60,726 nucleotides of DNA from an uncultured Candidatus Poseidoniales archaeon. Lineage in GTDB: Archaea; Thermoplasmatota; Poseidoniia; Poseidoniales; Thalassarchaeaceae. The stretch's first letter is position 1, and each line of letters opens with the position of its first letter. The position numbers and the translations under genes are program-made. The DNA is taken from assembly GCA_902514485.1 (NCBI GenBank), contig CABXQY010000001.1:1-60726 (forward strand), read 5' to 3'. Below the pieces are notes generated by a model. It saw nothing but the letters and a program-made list of their open reading frames with translations. It had not been told where the DNA came from and did no database searches. Below are positions 17,236 to 25,554 of the stretch, piece by piece.

Positions 17236-19683
17236 TCATTGAGATAGGTCTTTTACTTTCTCTACCAAATCCATACGTCTCAATCTCCAAACTCCAACAG
17301 GAACCATACAAACTGCTATTAATAGTACAATTCCTATAATTTGGAAAGAAACACTTGGGACAATCTTCACAGGAATAAAGAACTGCCACGATGAGAATGA
17401 TGCTGAGAGTAAGGCCGCGCCTCCAAATGCGAAGATGACGCCGACAATACCACCAATGAATCCGATTAGAATACTCTCAAACAAAAGCATTGTTCCGAGG
17501 CTCCTTGTGGAAGCACCTAGAACTCTAAGTGTAGCAAGTTCGAAATCACGCTCAGCCACATTCATAATCATCGTATTGAACATGACAACAAGGGTGAAAA
17601 GAAGACCGAGATACATCATTGATTGAAGAAATTCGGTCTGTTGATCTAGTAAACTGTTAATTCCATCTAGCAATGAATGACGCTCGACGATACCGATTGA
17701 GGCTTCTCCTAGGGTTGAATCGACCTCAATTCCATCGGGTAATTCGATATAAATTGAGGTTGCATTAACACCGAGGATTTTACTTAAATCGTCGCGTACA
17801 AAATACATCGTACGGGCTAACTCCCCAGCAGAAACGCCGATAATTTCAACATCTCTTTCTACTCCATCTATACTTACGGTATGACGATCTCCGATATTCC
17901 ATCTAAGGAATTTGATGCTGCCTTCATCCATTATGACTTGAGTTACGGTAGCATTAGCAACTGGTGTACCACCTTCAATAACAGAGACTGAGCGCATTCC
18001 ATTTCTGAATGAATCAAGACCTACGAGAGTGAAAGAGCGTTCAATATCATCAGAATCTGCAACCGAACCAATCGGCATTTCAATAATCATCTCGTAATGT
18101 GCAGAGTTATCTTCTGCCCAATCAACTACAGGCCCCTCTGAGTCTGGTGAAATATAGACCTGAGCATCCCATGTCTGGTCATCTTCTAGACTACCAATCA
18201 TGGTATCTTGGAGTCCAACAGTCATCATCTGAATCGAACCAAAAAGCATTAATGAAATACCAACGGCAACAAAAGTCATTGATAGACGGATTGGTTTGCG
18301 AACACTAGAACGAATTGAAAGACCAAGTGTCGTTGGCATCCATGAAGTCAGCTTTCTGAGACGATTTGAGCCAACGCGTATTTCATTCTGGCCACTCAGC
18401 ACGGACAGAGGATCAAGGCGACTCGCTTTCCATGCTGGGAAAGCACCGGATAAAAATACCACAAACATTGTTAAACCAATAACTGTCACATATACCGAAT
18501 TAGGAACTGTACGTTCGATAATCGGAACTCCTGCAAAATCTTGGTAGAAATCTAACATTCCGTTCATTCCATAAGGACCCGCTAATGCTCCAAATACAGA
18601 GCCAATCCCTCCTATTACCAAAGGTGCAACCAAATAGCCGGTCATGAGAGATGAGCGTTCGACGCCTAATGTTCGTAATACCGCAATTTCCTTGGCCTGA
18701 CTTTGGACCAAACGCTGAAGACTCAGAACGATTGTAATAGCTGCGATAGAGGCAATCATTACAGTGAAAGGAACTGTTGTTCGCTTAGTACCCTCCAAAT
18801 CTTGACGCATGACCTCTACTGGTTCGTTTTGCCCTCGGTCACGTATACGTCCATTCATTTCGGTCGAATTCAATGAAGAATCAACTAGCTGCTTGGCTAC
18901 ATTAATTTCCTCACCTTCATATTTTTGAGTATCTGGTAAGTCAAACGATGGGCTTCCCTCAAGATCAAGAATAATCGTATTGCTAGTACCAATTTCATCA
19001 CCTGTTAGTCGAGCCATCCCCGCATCAGAAAGGTAACCAACTACATATTGTCCAGGTTCGGGAGGAAAAAGACTGCCTTCTGGCGCCATGAGTACGTGAA
19101 GTGGATGATAACCCATACCAACGATTATGAAATCAGCAGTGGTATTTCCCGCACCAATACTCACAGTATCTCCTAGATTGAGATTGAGAGCATCTGTAAC
19201 ATGAGCGTCAATAACAATTTCATCTTCTGCAACGGCTGTTCTTCCTTCAGAATACCCTACTGGCATCCATATGCGATCAGCATTAGCATCTTCGGGAATA
19301 CCGTGCCAAAGAGAATTTATGATATAATCACCAGTATCGTTACTATGAAACATCGCCCCTTGTGTCACTGTACGGCCTTCACATGAATCAAGTGCAAAAC
19401 TTATTGATGAATTATCCCAAGCCGCCCCAAGAGTGTTACAGAATGTATCCACCTGCTCAGGAGTCCATTTCGTGCTTCGATTATCAATCCATATATCTGC
19501 GAGATTAGCCCCCCTCTCATCATCTGCCTGCATAGTATCGTACATACTACCAAGATTGTGAGCATAGCCTCCAAACGTAATACCTGCAAATACACCGACA
19601 AAAACCATAAGAATTACGGCAAAGAGCCGTATTTTAGTTCTCATTAGGCTGCGAGCCAAGCGTTTGTTCAGAAGTGCTGACAT
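17236..19683 (-). CDS. ABC transporter permease, duplicated FtsX/MacB-type
   Basis: Two units, each an N-terminal TM, a large extracytoplasmic domain and three TMs, with FtsX-like blocks (LRTLGVERSSL and LRVLGASTRSL). It lies downstream of the cognate ATPase. Confidence 0.8.
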   Translation of the reverse strand: MSALLNKRLARSLMRTKIRLFAVILMVFVGVFAGITFGGYAHNLGSMYDTMQADDERGANLADIWIDNRSTKWTPEQVDTFCNTLGAAWDNSSISFALDSCEGRTVTQGAMFHSNDTGDYIINSLWHGIPEDANADRIWMPVGYSEGRTAVAEDEIVIDAHVTDALNLNLGDTVSIGAGNTTADFIIVGMGYHPLHVLMAPEGSLFPPEPGQYVVGYLSDAGMARLTGDEIGTSNTIILDLEGSPSFDLPDTQKYEGEEINVAKQLVDSSLNSTEMNGRIRDRGQNEPVEVMRQDLEGTKRTTVPFTVMIASIAAITIVLSLQRLVQSQAKEIAVLRTLGVERSSLMTGYLVAPLVIGGIGSVFGALAGPYGMNGMLDFYQDFAGVPIIERTVPNSVYVTVIGLTMFVVFLSGAFPAWKASRLDPLSVLSGQNEIRVGSNRLRKLTSWMPTTLGLSIRSSVRKPIRLSMTFVAVGISLMLFGSIQMMTVGLQDTMIGSLEDDQTWDAQVYISPDSEGPVVDWAEDNSAHYEMIIEMPIGSVADSDDIERSFTLVGLDSFRNGMRSVSVIEGGTPVANATVTQVIMDEGSIKFLRWNIGDRHTVSIDGVERDVEIIGVSAGELARTMYFVRDDLSKILGVNATSIYIELPDGIEVDSTLGEASIGIVERHSLLDGINSLLDQQTEFLQSMMYLGLLFTLVVMFNTMIMNVAERDFELATLRVLGASTRSLGTMLLFESILIGFIGGIVGVIFAFGGAALLSASFSSWQFFIPVKIVPSVSFQIIGIVLLIAVCMVPVGVWRLRRMDLVEKVKDLSQ

Positions 19684-19692
19684 AGTAATACC

Positions 19693-20388
19693 TCACACAC
19701 CAGAATCATTACCTGTACGCTCATCTGAGATAATTTTTCCACTATCTATTCGTATAACTCGGGTCGCATACTTAACCAATCCTTCATCGTGAGTGACAAA
19801 AACAGAAGTAATATTTTCTTGCTTACATGCACTGACTAGAGCCTCCATGACTTTGTTTGAAGTTTCAGTATCGAGATTTCCAGTCAACTCATCACCTAGT
19901 AAAAGCGTTGGTCTCTTTGCAATACTTCTGGCTATAGCAACACGTTGTTGCTGACCGCCACTAATTTCACCAGGAAAACGGTCAACTTCTGCCTCGAGAC
20001 CAACAAGTTCCAATAATTCCTTTGCGCGCAAAGAATTCTTTTTATTAGCTAATTCTTGAATTAAAAGTATGTTTTCAAGCACAGTAAGATCCTGTAGTAA
20101 ATTAAAAAATTGAAAAACATAGCCGATATTTTCTCTACGGAATGATGTCATTTTTTCTGAATTGTTCCGAGGAACTTCCCTCCCCTTAAAGGAATAATTA
20201 CCACCCGTTGGGCTATCCAATGCTGAAAGACAATTTAGAAGAGTAGTTTTTCCTGACCCGGAGGGTCCCAGAAGAATAACTCGTTCACCTTCAAATATCT
20301 CAAAAGAGATACCGTCAAGTGCTTTAACAACACCTGCTGGTGTTTCATAATGTCTTTCTAGATTCTTCATTTGTAATAATTTATTCAT
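19693..20388 (-). CDS. ABC transporter ATP-binding protein (MacB/LolD-like)
   Basis: Walker A GPSGSGKTT, signature ISGGQQQRVAIAR and Walker B LLLGDE are all present. Confidence 0.92.
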   Translation of the reverse strand: MNKLLQMKNLERHYETPAGVVKALDGISFEIFEGERVILLGPSGSGKTTLLNCLSALDSPTGGNYSFKGREVPRNNSEKMTSFRRENIGYVFQFFNLLQDLTVLENILLIQELANKKNSLRAKELLELVGLEAEVDRFPGEISGGQQQRVAIARSIAKRPTLLLGDELTGNLDTETSNKVMEALVSACKQENITSVFVTHDEGLVKYATRVIRIDSGKIISDERTGNDSGV

Positions 20389-20412
20389 TATTTCACCTCT
20401 GAACTGTTTTAT

Positions 20413-22476
20413 TTAGGCATTAGAATTACTTGATGTCGCAAAAAATGCCATAGATTCCCTGAATAATTCTTCTCTTCTTCTTCTTTTATTCCTTCTAAGA
20501 TGAAGAAACGTAAAGACAAAAGCAAGTAAAATTAAGAATGGAATGAATGTTTGAGCATGATACCTTTCCATGAATTCTATAATTCCTCTAGCAGTGTATG
20601 CCCATGTTATTGAAGCTGCTGAGCCACCAACTAAACAAGCCAGTAGAACTCTTCTGAAACGCATTCTGGCCACTAGACCCAACATAGCACCTACTAATAC
20701 ACCACTAGCCATGAATGGAATCCAAACAAATACAATCAATCCCCAGAACCCATATTTATCTATTCTAGATCTATTTGAGTGGGCTACATATTCAACCGAA
20801 GATAGAATGTCTCCCATAAATGGATTCTGAAGTAATACCCCCGTCAATCCTGCTTGTTTAGCGACCATAGCCTCGCCTACCAAATCATCTTGATTTGAGC
20901 CTAATTCAACTCTTCCTGCCAGTGCTCTATCTGAAAGAGTCGCTTTCTCGTTTCTAGCGCTAATTATCAATTCACGAGAATCTAGATTCTTAGCAAGTAC
21001 TTCACTAAGATATTCAGTCAAATCTTCTTGCATATCAATAAATGACTTTCGATAGAGAAAATATGAGAAACGCATCATAGGAGTGTATATGACCCTAATT
21101 AATATAGATTCATCATCAACAATTATGGCAGAACCATAGTCGATTAGATTGTGTTTCTTAAACCATTTATCCAGTAAATGAATGGTTTTATCTTCTAACT
21201 TACCATTCGCGCTGAGACCAGAGAAAAACGAACTATAATCTTCCGATAAGATACTTCTCTCAGAACCAATGATGGAAAGATCATTAGAAAGTATAAATTC
21301 ATGGTTCGAATTAGAATTAATGCCATCAAGAGAAATAGATTTTATTTGTAGTGGCCTCATTTCACCAAAAACTGCAAATTCTTCTAATAAATCTCTTGTA
21401 AAAGCAGCACGGATATCTGTTGCTTGACCAATGGTTTTATTCGTTGTATTATAAGGAATTATGACATCGATTGATATCGCTCTTTCTTGCATTCTCATTT
21501 CTTCAAATTTTATCGTTATTCTCTGATTATTTTCAGATTTTCGTAAAGTTCTTTCAATAAGTCTGCGCAATTGTTTATCCGTCAACAAATCATCAGTATC
21601 TCGGTGATACATACGATGCATCAAAGGATATTGAACACATAAGAAAAATATAGACATGCCCAAAGAAATGAATGCCATCCACCATGCAGGAACGCTCGCA
21701 CTGCCTCCAGTAAGCATTGCTGTTTCTCTACCACCTGCCCATTCAGCGGCCATCAAAATCCATCCCCAACCACCAAGAATCTCCATGGTGAAACAAGCTC
21801 TAGGGTCAGGATCTGAAATATAGATTGACGAATGAGTTGTTACTTCTAAGTCTACTATCTTTTCATTTCCGACCATCTTAAGTTTTTCAGAGACTTCTGA
21901 GAATGTTGTTGAATTAGTAACCAAAAGTTCACTATCGTTATCTCCTTGATAAAAACTAACAATTAACAAATAATCTCCAGGGTTAATTTCGTCACTTAAG
22001 GTAAATGAAAGATCAATATCACCTTGGCCACTTTGATAATGAACTTCGCCAATATCTGACTTATTTAAATCGGTGAATCTAACAACTAATACTGAAGAAT
22101 TGTCATCTCGGGCATTATGAGTTTCAACATAAATTTCAAGATGCTCTGAATAAATCTGATACCACAATTCGCCTTGCATATCACGACATTCACCTCCTGT
22201 ATCAAGAGGAGTTTTAGACAGTGTCTGATCAATTAATATTGAATCTCCAGCAAACATTCCCGAAGAAAGCAGAGTCACCCCTCCAAAGAATACAATTCCA
22301 GCAATTACTCCAAAAATTAAAACAACATCATCAAATGTTTTAGGGAATCTTTTATCTTTATCTGTTCGCCTCAATCTTATCCTATCAAGCTCTCTATCGA
22401 GACTATCTTTTTCAACTAAATTATTTATTTCTGACAAATCACTAGATTCAACCAATGAGGCGTCCTCGACAGACAT
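20413..22476 (-). CDS. Large membrane protein; the C-terminal domain resembles the COG2426 small multidrug-export-like family
   Basis: It has several TM segments. The C-terminal block GLIVFVWIPFMASGVLVGAMLGLVARMRFRRVLLACLVGG resembles the COG2426/PF06695 pattern as I remember it. The N-terminal two thirds are unrecognised. Confidence 0.5.
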   Translation of the reverse strand: MSVEDASLVESSDLSEINNLVEKDSLDRELDRIRLRRTDKDKRFPKTFDDVVLIFGVIAGIVFFGGVTLLSSGMFAGDSILIDQTLSKTPLDTGGECRDMQGELWYQIYSEHLEIYVETHNARDDNSSVLVVRFTDLNKSDIGEVHYQSGQGDIDLSFTLSDEINPGDYLLIVSFYQGDNDSELLVTNSTTFSEVSEKLKMVGNEKIVDLEVTTHSSIYISDPDPRACFTMEILGGWGWILMAAEWAGGRETAMLTGGSASVPAWWMAFISLGMSIFFLCVQYPLMHRMYHRDTDDLLTDKQLRRLIERTLRKSENNQRITIKFEEMRMQERAISIDVIIPYNTTNKTIGQATDIRAAFTRDLLEEFAVFGEMRPLQIKSISLDGINSNSNHEFILSNDLSIIGSERSILSEDYSSFFSGLSANGKLEDKTIHLLDKWFKKHNLIDYGSAIIVDDESILIRVIYTPMMRFSYFLYRKSFIDMQEDLTEYLSEVLAKNLDSRELIISARNEKATLSDRALAGRVELGSNQDDLVGEAMVAKQAGLTGVLLQNPFMGDILSSVEYVAHSNRSRIDKYGFWGLIVFVWIPFMASGVLVGAMLGLVARMRFRRVLLACLVGGSAASITWAYTARGIIEFMERYHAQTFIPFLILLAFVFTFLHLRRNKRRRREELFRESMAFFATSSNSNA

Positions 22477-22565
22477 ATTACCTCATGAGAAGGAGAGGGA
22501 CATTAAGTCAACGGTATGATGTTAGAAAATAAAAAAATTAAATCAACTGATTCAATTTTTGAAAA

Positions 22566-22650
22566 TGGTGCAGGGGACAGGATTTGAACCTGCGAAGCAC
22601 TACGCACTGGGACCTAAACCCAGCCCCTTTGACCACTCGGGTACCCCTGC
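22566..22650 (-). tRNA. tRNA-Leu (anticodon UAG), class II long variable arm, encoded CCA
   Basis: The reverse complement GCAGGGGTACCCGAGTGGTCAAAGGGGCTGGGTTTAGGTCCCAGTGCGTAGTGCTTCGCAGGTTCAAATCCTGTCCCCTGCACCA folds as a cloverleaf. It has a 7-bp acceptor stem, anticodon loop TT-TAG-GT and T-loop TTCAAAT. Confidence 0.9.
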
Positions 22651-22743
22651 TTGGTTCTGCGGGAGAGCATTTGAGTCAAGAATGCAACGGATGGCGTCTT
22701 CTCATACCCAAGAGGTCTTAACGAGGAGTTAAAGCGACTGAAA

Positions 22744-23766
22744 TTGAGTGGTACTATGGCTCGCATAGGTATAATCGGTTTGGGTAATTGGGGAACAGCA
22801 CTTGCGAAAGTATGGTGTGAAGATGGACATAATGTAATGGGATGGACCATTGAGCAAGAAGTATATGAGTCAATAATGACTGAAAACATCAATAAAAAAT
22901 ATCTACCGCACACAAAGATTCCAGGATTACAAGCTACTATGCAAATAGAAGATATCACTACAGAATGTGAGATTATTGTCTTAGCGGTCCCTAGTGGCAT
23001 AATTCTAGGAGTTGTTGACCAAATAATTCCATATTTACGGCCATCACATTTACTAATAGATTTAGCCAAAGGATTAGCTCCTGAAGAAGAAGGAGGTTCA
23101 GGCATAATATCTAAAGCAATCACAAAAAGATTAGAAGATGCAAAGAAATCTAATCCGTTAGTTGTAATGACCGGCCCTACAATTGCTCCGGAGGTTGCAA
23201 GAGGTGTGATGACTACTGCTCTAGTGGCTTGCCATGATAGGTCGATTGCAGAAAGAATAGCTGGAAGGCTTTCTACCAATACATTAGTACTAACTCCAGC
23301 AGATGACCCAGAGGGAGCAGAATTATGGGGGGCATTCAAAAATACGGTCGCACTTGCTTGCGGTCTAGTTGATGGTCTTAGAAATAGTATAGGAGGAGAT
23401 AATCTGAAGGCCGCATTAGTTCTAGCAGGATTCAGTGAAGGGATTAGGCTACTGAATGCAATGGGGGCAGAACCTACAACTGCATTCGGACCCGCAGGAT
23501 TGGGAGATCTATATGTCACTGCAACTAGCCCAAGAAGTCGAAATAGAACTTTAGGTGAAATGTTGGGCTATGGAAAATCATTAGAAGAAGCTCTAGATGA
23601 AATGCATATGGTTGCAGAAGGTGTTAGAGCGACGAGAATGTTTGTAAAAATCGCCCCTAAATTAAATATAGAAATACCTTTCTTATCGTCGTTAAGTAAA
23701 TTACTAGACGGAGAAATTCCTGTCGAAGATGCCGTTCGTGCAATGGTTGCTTCGTATCAAAATTAA
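22744..23766 (+). CDS. gpsA: NAD(P)H-dependent sn-glycerol-3-phosphate dehydrogenase
   Basis: Rossmann start MARIGIIGLGNWGTALA, then GPTIAPEVARG and ALACGLVDGL blocks typical of GpsA. The likely true start is ATG 22756. Confidence 0.9.
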   Translation: MSGTMARIGIIGLGNWGTALAKVWCEDGHNVMGWTIEQEVYESIMTENINKKYLPHTKIPGLQATMQIEDITTECEIIVLAVPSGIILGVVDQIIPYLRPSHLLIDLAKGLAPEEEGGSGIISKAITKRLEDAKKSNPLVVMTGPTIAPEVARGVMTTALVACHDRSIAERIAGRLSTNTLVLTPADDPEGAELWGAFKNTVALACGLVDGLRNSIGGDNLKAALVLAGFSEGIRLLNAMGAEPTTAFGPAGLGDLYVTATSPRSRNRTLGEMLGYGKSLEEALDEMHMVAEGVRATRMFVKIAPKLNIEIPFLSSLSKLLDGEIPVEDAVRAMVASYQN

Positions 23767-23786
23767 TAATCAAACAGAAAATAATA

Positions 23787-24374
23787 ATGGAGAAATCTAT
23801 GAAAAATTCAGGTCACAGATTAGGGGCATCAGGGACTAATTTGGAAAATACTATTCAAGGATTGAGGAATTCAATAGATAATTTAGATGAAAAGAAATTT
23901 AGATACTGGGAGTTTGACATTAGAGAATCAATTGACGGAGTTGTTTTTGTATTTCATGATGATTTAATAAATCTAAATGGAGAAATAATAGAAATATCAA
24001 AAATGACTTTTTCAGAAATCAAAGATGCTGGTAAAACTTTAGATATATCGATACCTACTTTCGAGGAAGTAGTGATTGAATTAGAAAATCGTAAAGAAAA
24101 AGTAATGGTAGAAATAAAAGAGATTTTTTCAGATCAGGCTAGAAATGAAATTATTAATAGAGTTTCAGAATTAGAAAATTGGAAAATTATGGCTACACCT
24201 GAACGTTTCGAGAAATCATTTCCCAAAGAATCGAGAGCTTTTTGGCGAAAAGAAATTAAAGAATTAGAAATTAAATTTGTGAGAGTTGGTAGACATAGGG
24301 TTGAACTTTTTAAAGCATCAGGATCTTATTGGAGATGGAAAATGGCAAAACCAAAATGGCTATTTGGATTCTGA
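23787..24374 (+). CDS. Short glycerophosphodiester phosphodiesterase (GDPD)-like protein
   Basis: GDPD catalytic pattern GHRLG...ENT...WEFDIRESIDGVVFVFHDD (HR, E, E/D, HD). At 195 aa it is shorter than typical GDPDs. Confidence 0.6.
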   Translation: MEKSMKNSGHRLGASGTNLENTIQGLRNSIDNLDEKKFRYWEFDIRESIDGVVFVFHDDLINLNGEIIEISKMTFSEIKDAGKTLDISIPTFEEVVIELENRKEKVMVEIKEIFSDQARNEIINRVSELENWKIMATPERFEKSFPKESRAFWRKEIKELEIKFVRVGRHRVELFKASGSYWRWKMAKPKWLFGF

Positions 24375-24418
24375 TTCATAAAATCATAAATCGGAACAAA
24401 ATCCCGGACATGAAGATT

Positions 24419-24434
24419 TTTAGGTTACCCTAAA
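24419..24434. promoter_or_regulatory. Palindromic operator-like site TTTAGG-ttac-CCTAAA (copy A), overlapping a TATA-like CCTAAATTTTAT
   Basis: Perfect 6+6 inverted repeat with a 4-nt spacer. It lies 10 nt upstream of the first possible start (24445) and 31 nt upstream of ATG 24466 of the single-lobe transferrin-like gene. Confidence 0.65.
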
Positions 24435-24444
24435 TTTTATCTGT

Positions 24445-25515
24445 ATGTTATTATTCGGTAAAGGTATGAAGGTAGCTACGGTTACAGACTGGGCAGTAAA
24501 AAATAAGGCAATATTGATGGTAGGTGTTCTACTATGTGCAGGGACTATATACATGGTTTTTGATGTCAATTATAAGGAATGTGACGATCAAGAGAATTGT
24601 CTTATTGTTGCTTTTGAAGTACAGGATACTTACCTTATTTGGGATAAAAACCCACAACATCTAGCCGACAAACTTAGTACACTTACAGGAATGGATGTAG
24701 AGATATATCCAGTAACTGATTCGGGTGCTGCAATTGAAGCCGTCAGACTAGGTAATGCAGATATTGCATTCATGGATGGTGCAGCGGCATGGTTAGCATG
24801 GGAAGTATACGGATTAGATGTCTTGGCTGCTGAAGAGAAAGCAGATGGTAGAGTATACTACAATGCAACTGCATGGGTAAAAGCAGACTCGGACATGGCG
24901 GAAGCTTACCTCGATGATGATGATACTACAGACCCATTTGCACTAATGGAAGGAAAAATCTCTTGCCATACAGGATGGCTAAAAAGTGCAGGAATGCTCA
25001 TCCCTATGGGTTATTTGATTGGTAATGGATATGCAGAAGTTGTAGGTGATGAAAATGAAATTGAGTCTCTAAGAGATACAGTGTATGGTTTCTTCTCAGA
25101 TGATTCTAGTATCCCTGAGGGAGGAACGCCTTACTCATCCTACAAAGGAGCACTTAGGTGCCTATCTGATGGAAAGGGAGATGTGGCACTAGCTAAAGAT
25201 TCAGTAGTAAATTCATACTGTACTGGAGAAGATCGCTACGATTGGTGCTTAGATATTGATGAATATGTAATGTTACCTGCATTTGGGCAAGCTCCCAGCC
25301 ACCCTGCCATGTATAATTCAGAAGTGATGGATGAAGAAACCGTTATTATTGTTCAAGAAGGATTGGCAAAACTTGGAGATGATGATGAAGGAAGAGAAAT
25401 CCTCAATGACTTATTGAATACAGATGGAATGGTTGTTGCTAACTCCGAAGATCACTTGGGGACTTACGCTGCAGCTATATCCAATGTACCTGGAATTCAG
25501 GCTTATTTTGAATAA
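24445..25515 (+). CDS. Single-lobe transferrin-like substrate-binding protein, membrane- or lipid-anchored
   Basis: Blocks match transferrin lobes: NADIAFMDGAAAW, RVYYNATAWVKADSD, GKISCHTGWLKSAGMLIPMGYL, YSSYKGALRCLSDGKGDVALAKDSVV, DWCLDIDEY and APSHPAMY. It has an N-terminal hydrophobic anchor. Confidence 0.75.
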   Translation: MLLFGKGMKVATVTDWAVKNKAILMVGVLLCAGTIYMVFDVNYKECDDQENCLIVAFEVQDTYLIWDKNPQHLADKLSTLTGMDVEIYPVTDSGAAIEAVRLGNADIAFMDGAAAWLAWEVYGLDVLAAEEKADGRVYYNATAWVKADSDMAEAYLDDDDTTDPFALMEGKISCHTGWLKSAGMLIPMGYLIGNGYAEVVGDENEIESLRDTVYGFFSDDSSIPEGGTPYSSYKGALRCLSDGKGDVALAKDSVVNSYCTGEDRYDWCLDIDEYVMLPAFGQAPSHPAMYNSEVMDEETVIIVQEGLAKLGDDDEGREILNDLLNTDGMVVANSEDHLGTYAAAISNVPGIQAYFE

Positions 25516-25554
25516 ACATAAAATCACATGATTACTTAAAATGAGAGGGAGAAT

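Noticed and set aside
22477-22743. tRNA-Leu, and tRNA-Gln at 52324, as integration hotspots flanking a genomic island
   Set aside because: There is no integrase, no recombinase, no direct repeat of the tRNA 3' end, and no compositional break visible nearby.
22614-23519. 301-aa minus-strand ORF
   Set aside because: It is antisense to the clearly homologous gpsA gene. It has a low-complexity Ser/Pro/Ala composition, and its 3' end runs into the tRNA-Leu gene. It is a frame artefact.
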